From Ruditapes philippinarum (lineage: Eukaryota): 64,000 bases of DNA. The translations under genes and the position numbers were made by a program. The notes beneath the pieces are model-generated. The model saw only the letters and a program-made list of their open reading frames with translations. It was not told where the DNA came from and did not search any database. This document shows, piece by piece, positions 51,701-63,794 of the stretch. Where the stretch lies: NCBI RefSeq assembly GCF_026571515.1, contig NW_026864520.1, forward strand, positions 310,001-374,000, given 5' to 3'. Numbering within the stretch: position 1 is the stretch's first letter; each line of letters begins with the position of its first letter.

Positions 51701-53404
51701 TTTGTTTTTAACAGCTATTCCCAGACAACGCGCCTGCTTAGTGTAATCGATTACGATTTTGAAGCAGTATCATGTAGATGTAAATGTATTCTTATTACAA
51801 AATATTTCTTGAAAAAACAATGTTGATAGCATTCTAAAAAGTTTAATATAAACAATTACATGTATAATAATAATTATAATAATATACTAAATGAATTTAG
51901 TATGTTTTCGCTGCGCGCCCCCGCCATTTTATCTTGTTAATTTTCGACTTTTCGCTTGGCGGGGTCGCGGGGCGAAAACACGAATGGCACAAATCAGCCA
52001 CCATTAAATGCAGCTGTCGAATACGGACCCTGCAAAGCGCACTAGTTGGTTAGACATAAATTGCTCAACCCTTTTATCGATAAACAAGAATTCTATTTTA
52101 TCTCAAATTAACGGAACATTCCATATAGGGGAATGAGTCAAAATTGTGCAGAATAAAGTATACATAAATTCATACTGTTACATCCAGTTCCAGTTTCGTT
52201 TCCATATCCAGTTTGACACGTGCAACTTCCGGTGACGCAATCAAATATTCGGGTGCACTCGGAGTTTCCAAGGTCGCTACAATCACTGTTAGTCATACAT
52301 GGATCCCCCAGAGATACTGCAAAAAAAATTATTGGCCACACAAAATGTTGTTAATGAACGAAACGTGTTTACCTCATCTTTTGATGAAGACTTGATTCAA
52401 TTAGCTTTAATTATCATTCTAACGATGCTGAAGAAATTTAACATGTCCAATAAAAGTTTGGTTTTCTTTTGCAAAAAGCATTAACATTCTATCACAAAAC
52501 ATAATTCTAATCCGAATTCTTAGGAGCGAAACAATCAAATATTTAAACTAAATGTTATTATATGAGAATCATATATACGTATTGCTTGTTATCTATTATC
52601 TGACGCTTCGCATCTTTTAATTTAAATGTGATAATACCGTGTATTGTAAAGTCAAGCTTTTGAATTAAAGTACATTTGTATCTTTAAAATTAATAAAAAA
52701 TGCGTTTCTTTTCTTGCAATAAAACGAGAAAACTCGTTATACACTGTAAATGTCATACTTTATATTACTAATTAAACAAACCTCCATACACAGGTGATGG
52801 TATGCACGTCAGGAAAATAAAAATGAGGCCTAGATAATGGGTTGGACTCGACCGCTATAAAGAAAGAAGTAATGTTATAAAAAAGGGTGAAAAGTAAAAG
52901 TTGCAGACTTTAAATAAATAATACTCCTAAAAATAAGTTTGTTTGTTTGATTGGGGTTTACGTCGCACCAACACAGTATAGGCCATATGGCGAGGTTCCA
53001 GCTTTACTGGTGGAGGAAGACCCCAGGTGTCCTTCCGAGCATTATTCAGGCTTAAAGGGGCACCTGAGTAGAACCACCAACGCTCCGTAAGCTCGCTGGA
53101 TAGCTTTCTCACATGAAGGATCCAAAGTTTCTGTCGTAAGGGCCAAGTAGTTTGAAGTCAACAACCTTAACTATTCGGCCATGGACGCAACACCCCACAT
53201 TTAATTATTAGGTACTTTTTGCCATATTATGAACAAAATACGACGTGTAAACACATGGTTTTAAGACCTTACAATAATATCATTACATAAAACCTTAAAA
53301 ATTGAAAAGAAATAAAAAATGATCATAACAATATAACCACTGACTTAAAATATCAAATAATAAATGTAGGCGTGAAATTTACTTACGTTTGTTAAGTACT
53401 CCAT
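45669..53404 (-). CDS. Secreted, probably GPI-anchored Cys-rich protein with EB/EGF-like repeats, 299 aa, 8 exons
   Basis: Exons 53404-53387 (MEYLTN), 52854-52782 (signal peptide LGLIFIFLTCIPSPVYG), 52316-52176, 50184-49969, 49253-49173, 48435-48268, 47639-47520 and 45751-45669 total 900 nt. All GT-AG; the Cys-module exons have phase-1 boundaries. Repeated G-x-x-C...C...C...CxC...Y...C modules; C-terminal DSG followed by a hydrophobic tail to the stop. Confidence 0.85.
45841..45983 (+). mobile_element. tRNA-derived SINE fragment
   Basis: GTGGCCGAGTGGTTAAG head and the shared body GGTGGTTCTGCTCAGGTACCC. Confidence 0.75.
47520..47639 (-). CDS. EB-like gene exon 7 (NKVDDGFERYKIGESCTHFSECESFLCVKCPGASSGVCMQ)
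   Basis: ttttcag| ... G|gtgtgt, 120 nt. Confidence 0.82.
47863..47972 (-). mobile_element. SINE body fragment
   Basis: Closely similar to 32938-33034. Confidence 0.8.
48268..48435 (-). CDS. EB-like gene exon 6 (PRWGESCQWLPQC...CRNNICSCPPSH...HLCL)
   Basis: tctttcag| ... A|gtaagt, 168 nt. Confidence 0.88.
49173..49253 (-). CDS. EB-like gene exon 5 (GGECDGTCDCRSGYVADTSESYTTCRA)
   Basis: ttttcag| ... C|gtgagt, 81 nt. Confidence 0.88.
49969..50184 (-). CDS. EB-like gene exon 4 (KILSGFNEPCGTGYYCNEANQICDTTIGRCACTTWY...CLQALLDS)
   Basis: ttatatag| ... G|gtatga, 216 nt, open frame. Confidence 0.88.
50504..50575 (-). other. tRNA-like (Pol III A/B box) relic, probably part of a repeat
   Basis: Minus strand CCGTGGTGCAGGGGTAACGCGCTCG...GAGAGGTCTGGAGTTCAAATCCCAGG; stems are poorly paired. 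Adjacent ~50-bp direct duplication at 50590-50641 and 50657-50710. Confidence 0.5.
52176..52316 (-). CDS. EB-like gene exon 3 (VSLGDPCMTNSDC...CTCQTGY...GCN)
   Basis: ttttgcag| ... A|gtatga, 141 nt. Confidence 0.88.
52782..52854 (-). CDS. EB-like gene exon 2 (signal peptide)
   Basis: ctttatag|CGG ... GGA G|gtttgt; RSSPTHYLGLIFIFLTCIPSPVYG. Confidence 0.75.
52936..53190 (-). mobile_element. tRNA-derived SINE, near full length, (AAAC)n tail
   Basis: Same family as 32887-33120. Confidence 0.85.
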
Positions 53405-54104
53405 TAATTAACTAAAGTTAAATTTGCCATGTTATTCTGTTATAAACATGATTCCATACTTGTTAACGATGCGATTTAAAACAAACCGTATAAGTATATC
53501 GTTCAAAATAGATTATAAGATAAACTGCCATTGTTTTAAGGACAATTATACAATGCCGTTAACGTATACCTTTTTGATTTGTTTTTGCAATTATATTTCA
53601 TTGTATTGACTTATCTATTTATTTAATAGGGCATGTGTTTAGATTAATAAGTTTAAACTAACAATTTTGATATTTGCGAATCTTTCGTTTTGGTACATAT
53701 TTTTCCTCTCTTTTTTACCTTTTCAATAAAATGTGTATTCGTAGCATTCATAATTTAGACTTCACATAATTTGTTTGTAAATCGTTATATAAAATGTAAC
53801 TATTTTATTTTTCAGTCGAAAATATACAATAGCATTTGTCCATGGACCCGATTTTTATCAATTAATCCATACGATATACAGCTAAAAATAAATTCGGAAC
53901 GAAGAATTCCTTCCCATTTCTATTAAAGTCATATATTTGTTTCCCCTTATGTCTTATTCATGAATGAGAACATGAACAAATTCCACATTCGGGAAGTTAT
54001 TTCTTACATTTGTATCTTCTACAGGTAGTTACTAACTATTTTGTAGTACCCGGTGAGTTATGTTTGTATTTTATTGCTGTACATGAATTCGAAATGTATA
54101 AATA

Positions 54105-55275
54105 GATTTTAGTTTAATCATATTTTATTGCTTTTACATTTTATACAAAAACAGATACATTGTCACATGTAAACATACTACAAAACAGTAACGAATACAT
54201 TTACAGTTAATACATGGATGTTATAGTTATTATAAAAAAGCAAAAGGGTCGGGCCACAAGTTTTGACAACATTAGAGAATTGGCCCTTCCCAAAACGTCT
54301 AACTTGTAGTAAAAAGATGTGCATAAATTCAATTGTAATTGGAATTCCATAAATGTATATATCAGCAATCAATATGATATTATTTGAGAAAATAGAATTT
54401 GATTATAAAAATTGTTCAAAGACTAACAAAACTTGAATTAAAAAATAATAAAGAAAAGGAAAAGAGAAAGGAAGAAAGAAAGAAAGAAATATTTATTGAT
54501 TGAATAAATGAAAGAATAAGCACCATGTAGGAGATTACTGCCCAGTTCCTGTCCTCAGCATATATATAAGTTATGGACAACAATTTACAAGCGTAGTTTG
54601 AAAATTAGTCATTTTCAAATCTCCTTGAATATTTGATGAAATTTTGAACGTGAAGGAATAACATATTATTGTCTTCGTCACTAAGATGAGTGATACCGAA
54701 AAGCAATTTATGGGCACTAAGAGGGTGATAATCACGAGTATTGATAAATAACGTTAGCCTTTGGTTTATATACAATGGACACTTGAAAAAGTAATGGTCT
54801 GCGTCTTCAGAATAAAAACCGCATTCACAATTTGAATTGTCACGTAAGTGATTGTAGTGCAAATCAGCATTTAAATTGCTACACTTATTTCTTATACGTG
54901 TGTGGTGAACTTGTAAAAATCTGTCACCAGTAAGGAAATATATCGGAACTAGAAGCGGCGTAAAGATTTTTTTAATTTTGGTTTTGAAAGATGAAAGTGT
55001 AGGAGACGTTCGCGTTTCAAGATCTAAACTGTTCCATAATTTAATGGAAGATGGTATCACTGATTTTGAGTAAATTTCTAGACGTCGGGTAACAGTTGCG
55101 TAGTTTTCGTTGTTTCTTAAATTATATGTACTAGTATTACGAACTATATCTGGAAAAATATCACTTAAATAACAGGGAAGCTCGCCTTGGTTATGTTTAA
55201 AAACTAGAATTAATTTTTGCATTTTCCTTCTGTCTGCAAGTGATACCCAACCGATTTCACGGTACACGGTAGATG
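54105..55275 (-). mobile_element. 5'-truncated LINE (CR1/L2-group) 3' end: ORF2 C-terminus plus 3' UTR
   Basis: ORF 54605-55285 has GWVSLADRR, YNLRN, SVIPSSIKLWNSL and a Zn-knuckle-like CECG...EDADHYFFKCPLY, typical of the region after the reverse transcriptase. The 3' UTR ends AATAAAATATGATTAAACT. Confidence 0.85.
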
Positions 55276-55594
55276 ACCTGAACATTGTGTAAGTCTATGA
55301 ATAATCTATGAATAAAAGCAGTTTTAGTATCGAGTCTGAAACTAAACGAAACGGTCAGTCGTGTCGCGCTATGGTTATATATAAAGAACTGAAAAAGAAT
55401 TGCAGGAAATGAAATGCAAACATATTCAACAATAAATTGCACTATATAAATTTATCGAAAAAAATGAAGTAGGCCATTTTTATGAATTGTTATATCATAG
55501 TATTATCATTTTGAAATTGTTTTTTTTCCGTAGGTTCTTTCCGGCAAAATAGCTCCTTTCTTTTCCACGGCACAGATTGTACTTCTGACATATT

Positions 55595-56140
55595 TTTATC
55601 GTGAATATTAAAATCGACCCTGATTTCTGAATAATTGCTGTAGGAAGTTGATTCTATTTTGTTTGAAGACGATCGGCTTTATGGTGATTAGAGTGGAATG
55701 TTAATTTGCCGAATACTGTGACATTTTAACAACAGATACTTTTGTCTGCAGTTTTAAGATGATGTGTAATGGTTTATTGATAGGAATGTAAACACACTGG
55801 TTGGTCAGACGAGGATTTTGAAGAATTCAACAAAAAAAGTAGACTGATCTCCCAATAAATCAATTAACAATAGCTTTTTGTTAATCACCTTGTCAAGTAG
55901 CTTTTATAACTTTGACTCGCATGAAACCCCATTCCTGTCTAAAATTCAATTTACAGTCTTCCATTATATTGATAAATAATGTTTCACAATATCAACATGA
56001 CATGCAAATTTATTCATGATTTTAATGTACCATCAGTTTTGTTAACGCGTATAATCCTGAAATTGGTCTTTTTAGAATTCATCCTAAAGTTGTCATTCCA
56101 GTAGGTGTTCTACTTGTATGTTCCAAAGAAAATACATTAA
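55595..56140. repeat. Local duplication, copy 1 (other copy 57790-58510)
   Basis: About 500 bp of high identity (gtgaatatt-aaatcgaccctgatttctgaa ... cattccagta ... gtatgttccaaagaaaatacatt). Confidence 0.9.
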
Positions 56141-57392
56141 ATATTTAAATCTCTTGCAAGCCTACAAAAGTTCATGATGAACAATGTCTTTCTTTCACTT
56201 ATTCACCTATGATATACAATTCTGGTAAAATCTAATTAACCATTGAAAAGAAAATCTGGTCATCAGATGTCTACTAGTTCATCCTTTCTTGCTGCATTTC
56301 TTGCTTGGATGCTTTTTGATGCTTTGCATCAATGCTTTTCTTGTAATATCATGATATAGCATTTGACGCGAAACATGTAACTGACATTTTGGAAAATAGA
56401 GTGTTTGGTTTGACTTATTTAGATATGGATTTTTATATTTCTTACCATGATTAGGTGTTGATAACATATAGTAAATGAGTAGCATTATAGGTGACAAAGA
56501 AGATGTACATGCTTTGATATTTTTTATCATCTAATATTACTGACTACTGTAGTGACACAAACAGAGCAATGTTGCACTACTGTCATGTCACATTACAAGT
56601 ATTGTAAGTGTTCTTTGTATTGGAATCACTTTCCATACCAGGTAGGCATCAGAGCCAGCATATTTATTAAAATTTAATATCTGGCCCCTCTCTCATGGAC
56701 AGTGCATACGATAAGTATAATTATGCAAACTTAAATAATTTACAGAAACATCCGGAATAATGTGCAATTGTACTGAAGCTCAATAGAAAATGACCTTTGT
56801 CTATGAATGATTTGGTAAGGTATCTGTAATGAGCGCATTTATTTTTGCGAGGAGCTTCTCATTTGCCTCATTGCAGCAATATTTGTACTTGCCTGATTGA
56901 GGGGTTCCAGAATTCCTACTTGAATATAGTTTCATCACTCTTAGGATATATAACCGGCTTTTTAAATTGTCCTGATTTTCTTGTCTGTGAAATGCAGGCT
57001 TCATTACATTTCATCATCTTTCAAAATTCTATCGCTTTCATGTATGCCTTTACTTCGGGAACATACGCCGCTTTTATTGAAGGTGCCATAATATCCGAAA
57101 TTTTAACTAGAGTATTCTTGATATTACATTATTGTAAGATTCGCATTAGACTTTGACTTTTGTAAATCCAACTAAATCACCTCTGAATGAGTATTTTGGC
57201 AAAAGTACTCGTAAGTTTCGTCCATAAACACGTTTTTGTATTATTTAAATTCATCCCTATTTTAGCTAAAGTTGATTTTCAACAGCAAAATGACAACATT
57301 TGTCGATCATACTATATAAACTAACAAGTTATTTTTTCTCCATTTATTTTTATAAATATAAAATTAATGGTTTACATCAGTTCTGAAATTTT

Positions 57393-60300
57393 CTAAATGA
57401 CTTTTAAGGTCTTCATATCAAATTTTCCATTTTCTGCCAGGGCGAAGATCCGATCTTCAAAAGAAAAAAGAAAATAAATAAATAAATAAATAAATAAATG
57501 AATAATTAACAGTTAGATGAAAATCATAGTATACATATCCATTTTACTTGGGAAAAATTAATTGTCAAATACCCTACTTGTATTAACGACACTAGAACGC
57601 GACTAAGCAAGTTACCATAAGCTCAATTTTGAGATTATTTGTCACACATACATTTGAAGTCCAAATCACTAAAAATCATTTCTTGTGACGAAAAGACTCA
57701 TATAAATATGTATTATTATTTATAATGTAGTCTTATGTAATTTAAATTACTGTTTAGTTCTTCACATATGCCATAATTACTTAATTATTTTTACCGTGAA
57801 TATTTAAATCGACCCTGATTTCTGAATTATTGCTGTAGGAAGTTGATTCTAGTTTGTTTGAGTGGAATGTTGAATGGCCGAATACTGTGACATTTTAACA
57901 TGAGAAACTTTCATCTGCAGTTTTAACATGATATGTGATGGTTTATTGATAGGAATGTAATCACACTGGTTGGTCGGACGAGGATTTTGAAGAATTCAAC
58001 AAAATAGTAGATTGATCTCCCAATAAATCAATTAACATTAACTCTTTGTTTATCACCTATGTCAAGTACATGTAGCTTTTATAACTTTGACTCGCATGAA
58101 ACCCCATTCCTGTCTAAAATTCAGTTAACAGTCTTCCATTATATTGATAAATAATGTTCCACAATATCAACATGACATGCAAATTTATTCATGACTTTAA
58201 TGTACCATTATTTTGTTAACGCGTGTAACATAAAAATAATCCTGAAATTGGTCTTTTTAGAATTTATCCTAAATTGTTCATTCCAGTATTAATCTGGGAC
58301 TTGAAATATAACCACTGTATCTTAAGTTCCAGATACTAATAGAAACCATTTCTTTTTAATTGACATGAAAAAATGCATGTAATAGTACTATATTAGTCCC
58401 TTTTGTTACTGTATTTATATACTGTTTGTACATTTGTTACAGTTATAATAATAAAAAAACAGACTTTGTTTATTTTTACTACTGTTTGTATGTTCCAAAG
58501 AAAATACATTCATAATTAATTAAAAATCATAGTACATTTGTATACATATCCATTCTACTTGGAAAAATTAATTGTCAAATACCCTACTTGTATCAACGGC
58601 ACTAGTACGCCACTAAGCAAGTTACCATAAGCTCAATTTTGAGATACTTTGTCACACATACATTTGAAGTCTAAATCATTAAAAAATCATTTCTTGTGAC
58701 GAAAAGACTCATAAAAATAAGTATTATTATTTATTATGTAATCTTATGTAATTTAAATTACTGTTTTGTTCTTCACATGTGCCATAGTTACATCCACCAT
58801 CAGCACAGCAAGAATGGCAAAGTGATGTGACGCGTCCGATAACACCACACACTGCGTCACGTTGTGGCCCAGGAGATAGTGCCGTTTTATTTGAAATACA
58901 ATCTCTGAAGTCTTCATAAGCCCTTCTCATTATAAATTGACATTGCTGAAAAAAGTAATAGTTATATTTCATCAAAGTAGATCTAAAACAGCATAAAAAT
59001 ATCCGTAGAGACAAACCCCACATTGATAGAGAATTATTAATATATTTGTTAAAAGTGGCCATTTTGAAGATGCCATTACGTTTGATTAATGGTCGAAGGG
59101 GTGATCGGTTTCAGACCTATATCATATTGAACGTAAACCACTGTTCTTGCTTACTTAGATAAACAATTTGGGAACTAAACTATCTTAAGTAAAATTATTC
59201 TTGATTAAGAAAATGAATTAAAAACTATCAGTTTACTTGTCATGTTTTTATCTCAATCAGAACAAAGTATCTTTAGGTTATACGATCTTTCATTCTTTAT
59301 GGAAACTAATGGTAATACGATTTTAAGCAGTTGTATATGTAACTGAAATATTCATTAAATTTATCAATTTATCATATGTCCGTGTAAGAAAGATTTGGTG
59401 ATGACCGAGAATTACCAACAAATGGGCAACCTGCTTTAAACAATGCCGGCTATTCTCTTATTTTAATGTTCGTACTAATGACAAATCCTGTGATAAAATT
59501 GGTTAAATAAGACTTTGGTTAAGGCGATAACGTTAGATTGTACTAATTTTGTACAAAAGTTTACTTTAGAAATGTTGGGTCCCTTAGATCTATTTATCGA
59601 GCGGAACGCACTACCATCATTTATTATATAACTCTAAACTTTCTAATGAAAATACAGTCGTTTTTCACATAAGATATATAAAGATCTCATTCTGTACTCA
59701 ATACTTTGTACGAGCCTTGTTGCGTGTATTACATGTCAAAAATAGTGACGGAATAATTTCGTGAATAACATCATGACGGACAACTTGCGTGCATTGCGCA
59801 GTACGTTTTATTGTTTACGAAACCAATCGAATTCCAGTCGAGGGACAAATTATATAAACTTTAATTTTTTTTTAAATGACATACTGTAATATCGATATAA
59901 ATGACATAGATGTGTAAATAAAATATGAATAACAATTATAATAAATGCTTATACTTTCACAAATAAATCAATAAAATAATTTAGTTTGGATCAGTTGCTT
60001 TGTTAAATACCAGGTAAAAAGAAGCTCCATGCGACACATTACGGCAAGTGTATTCAAGCGCTGCTCATCACAACATAACAATAACTACGTGCATAGTCTA
60101 ATAAAGTAAAACAATTCATTCTGTTTTGTTCAGATATATAACATGAGTTTAACTGAAGGTATTTAATAAAAAGAAAAATACAAGAATGTGTTTTATTTTA
60201 GTGGATTGTACTGCTTCCCTTGATTACATAAAGTTGTTTTCTTTAACTCGCTCTGCGGATGAGAGAGAATACATTTTGTCCACAATTAATACGAGGGTTA

Positions 60301-63300
60301 CAATCCACTAGATAGCACATTAATTAAACATGCTTTATGTATCAAATATAACGAAATACAAGTCTAAAAGAAAGCGAAATGGATGTAAAACTGTGGAATA
60401 ACTTACTAGTTTGCTTAAACAACCATAGAAAAACGTATCTCTGCCGCCAATATCTGACTGGGTGGTATAACAAACCTTACAATAAAAAAACCAAAGCATG
60501 TCAATTACGTGAAAATTCTACTTTTGAATTACATGATAAATCTTGGTTCCATGAAATGTACAGAAGATATTTATGTCGGTTAAAGATATGATTACGTTTC
60601 AGAAGAATAAAATTTCTTATTTATGGAAACTTTATTGTTTCGTCAAACAAATTCAACACATTACATTGATTGTTGTTTGCTTTAAAATGCATATTTCACT
60701 AAATTTTAAATACAATTTGTCTTGTAAGGTTAATAAATTCCCTTAAGGCTTATAAGAAATAAATCAATCTTTTGGCTGTGACAAAGTATTCCTAGATAAA
60801 AGGTACCATGATACTTCGTCATAAGATTCTTATCAACAGATTAATTCATTGATTTTTCATTTTTTGTAATAGCATGGCTTTTGAGTGTTTTATAGAAAAA
60901 AAAAAGATAATTACTGGTATTAAATATCTTAACGATTTTTTTTATTAAACTTAATCTATTTAAAGAAAAATATATATAGAAAAAGATCTCTAAACTTCAA
61001 TTGTTTAAAGTATGCCCCTTCAAAGAATTTTGGGGTATATTGCTTTGCATTTGTTTGTCTTACGGTCGGTAAAGCGGTTTCCGATCAATGACATGACAAC
61101 CCATCGGCATTCAAAATAAAAGGGTGCATTGGTCTTGGCCAGGTGATGACCCATATTGATTTTTTGGGTCGAGGAGTCAAAAGTCAAGGTCATATTAATC
61201 TTGTAGGTTAAAACATTTTCCGATCAATATCTTGACAACCTATGGGTTATTGGTCCTCAAATTTCTTAGGTGAATTGGTCTTGGCAAGGCAAGTAGATGG
61301 CCTCTTTGATTTTGGGGTAAGGTAGACAAAAGTCAAGGTCATATTGATATTGTTGGTAAAAACGGTTTCCCTCAAACTGAAAATGTTTATTTGTCTTTGC
61401 CAGTAGATGACCGCTATTGATTTTGGGGTCAGGGGGGTCATATTGACTTTGTATAACAAAGTAGTTTCCTACCAATAACTAGACAACAAATGAACCATTG
61501 ACCTTCAAACTTCACGGATGCATTGCTTTTGGTTAGAAGATGACCTCAATAAATTTTTGAGGTCGAAGGTCAAGATCACATTGACCTTATAAGTAGAAAC
61601 GCTTTCTGGTCAATATCTCAACGACTCATGGGCCCTTTACATTCAAACTTCACAGGTGCAGTAGTCTTGGTCAGTAGATAACCCTTATTGATTTAATGGT
61701 CAAAGTCACATTGACCTTGTACTTAAAAACGGTTTCTGACCAATAACTCAACAACTCATGTTGCCTTGGTTGATATTTTTTTATAAAACTAAAATTGCTT
61801 TTGGTATACACATTTCAAGGTATAATGTAATATAACAAATTTGCTGTCATTAAGAAGGCCTATATTATACATTGAATTTGTGATAACTTTGTCATAAAAT
61901 TGCTGCACACAACCTTTGCGATCACAATTACCTAGTGACTTGTCATGACCAGTAGATAACCCTTATTTACGTATTGGTCACTACGTTTATAGTCTGATAC
62001 AATAACCTGACCACATGACTAATTGGCTGTCGATAGGGGTCACATGTTTTACAAACAGCCATTAAAATATTGTTTGTTTTTTACAATACAATGGATGAAG
62101 TAAAGGGAGCACTTTTCATCTATCAGTTACGTCAGTCAAAATATAAATAGCAAATGTAAGTCTGGTGACAGAGTGCACATATTTACACGGTTTTCCTTTC
62201 GAATGTTACGATTTTCGGAAAATATTTGACGTGAATGATTTTTTTTGTGATTTAAACCTCGGCCCATTTTCTGTATGATTATGACGCTGAGAGTTTGAGG
62301 GCCTCAAAACATTTGATCCCCTTTCCAGTTCATTCCGAATGTTTTCTCGTTTAGGGCACACGCTTCTATACGCTGCATGGAATGACACTTTATATCACAT
62401 GTAAGGTTCCATGGTAATCGCCGTATGAACACATCTGCGGATGTTTCGAAATTAAAAATTTCACCATTTTTATGTTTAAATGCTGAATTCTGCTTCAGCC
62501 GGTGCTAGGGGGCGTGGACGGTAGTTTGTACTTGACAGTACCGTCCATGAACTCGCTCAATCAAACCGAGCCTAAAACATTTTCAATTATGCCGTTTGGA
62601 CTTTTTTAAGAAATTCTCATTTTCTCGATTTCTTGGAAACATTTCTAAACCTAGTTTTAGAGATCAACATAAGTACCAATTTGTGAATTTACAAACATGT
62701 TTTAAGGAGAAGTCTCGTTTGAAAGAGTCACAAAATGCACGACACATGAACGAAATCTTCGCCATGAAACATCTGTATAACAATAAAATATGTACGAATG
62801 TACCTCATTCTGTTGACATGTATCGAGTGTTACACAGGATTTTGGATCTGTTACTTCGGATTGTTCTGAAGTCCTATGATCACAGTTGTAGCACTGGCTA
62901 CTGTTTAACGTGTCTGAAAAGGAATGTTTTGAATTCGTAAAATGAATATTTTGTCGTTAACAATTGAGATATCATTTAGAGTATAAGTTAATTACAATTG
63001 TGATTTTGAAAAGAAGGTACTAAATCAATTAATATTTTTCGGGAGAATAAAAATATATTTTTACAACACATCTAACTTTAACCACTATTTAAAATGATGG
63101 TGTGCATTTATAAACAATTTAAAAAAAATAATGCTTACTCATGATATCACGTCAAATGTGACGTAAATAAAGCATTTTCTTCGGGAAAGTACTTCTCTAC
63201 AGGCCTTATGTTACTGTAGTTCAATACTTACGTACATTTTTGTTTAAAACCGATGATCGTGGAAAAGGTAACAAAAGGACAATTTTTGTCCAGTACTCTG

Positions 63301-63794
63301 TTAGGTATTTTAAATGAATATAAATTCAATCATAGCAAACAACAAGTACTGGTTTGAATAAAGTTAAAAGACAGAAGTAAATTATTGTCAATAATGGACA
63401 AATCAATAGAAATAATTTAGAATAAATGTTAAACGTACCATCTTTGATTCCACATAACCGTTTATTACAATCATCTCCGAATCCACAGCATCTGAATAAA
63501 AGTTCGTGAACAATAAATTGCACGGTAAAAAATTTGCTTTATTTGGAATAATTAAAGAAATATTAATGCGAATAATGTAATGTTTAGGAATACCGAAAAT
63601 TACTATCGTTTTTTTTTCTTCTCGGACACCGCTTTATTGTTGTAATTAAGAGAAAATATAAATCAAACATATTTTTTCACTACAATTAAAACTTAGTTCA
63701 ATAAACCATTTGATAATTAATGTAGTTAGTAGTAATGATAATACCTCGAGCAAGTAACTAAATCATTTCGCTTTCTCCCCGACGAATTACAAAC
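57393..63794 (-). CDS. 3' portion of a tandem Ly6/uPAR (three-finger)-like Cys-rich protein; 5' end beyond the window
   Basis: Exons 63794-63745 (VCNSSGRKRNDLVTCS), 63491-63439 (RCCGFGDDCNKRLCGIKD), 62913-62804 (DTLNSSQCYNC...CVTLDTCQQNE), 60475-60407 (VCYTTQSDIGGRDTFFYGCLSKL), 58945-58762 (QCQF...CHSCCADGGCNYGTCEEQN) and 57454-57393 (NRIFALAENGKFDMKTLKVI*) total 528 nt with consistent phases. Pattern CxxC...GC...CxxCC-x4/5-CN. Confidence 0.82.
57520..57780. repeat. Duplicate of 58524-58790 (intron plus 3' end of an exon)
   Basis: aaaatcatagta...gttcttcacatRtgccataRttac is present twice. Confidence 0.9.
58762..58945 (-). CDS. LU-like gene penultimate exon
   Basis: tttttcag|CAA ... A|gtaatt, 184 nt. 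Confidence 0.85.
60407..60475 (-). CDS. LU-like gene exon (VCYTT...YGCLSKL)
   Basis: ttattgtaag| ... |gtaagt, 69 nt. Confidence 0.82.
61011..62062 (+). mobile_element. Older HINE/pearl-like element with degenerate tandem cores
   Basis: Begins TATGCCCCTT...GGGGTATATTG. Repeated units containing CGGTTTCCGATCAAT, ACCCTTATTGATTTT and GTCAAGGTCA; ends GGGGTCACATGTTTTACAAACAGC. Confidence 0.7.
62804..62913 (-). CDS. LU-like gene exon (CYNC...CQQNE)
   Basis: cttttcag| ... GAG|gtacat, 110 nt. Confidence 0.85.
63439..63491 (-). CDS. LU-like gene exon (CCGFGDDCNKRLC)
   Basis: ttattcag| ... G|gtacgt, 53 nt. Confidence 0.82.

Noticed and set aside
54605-55285. Host gene of 226 aa
   Set aside because: It is the C-terminal part of a LINE ORF2, 5'-truncated, lacking the RT core and endonuclease.
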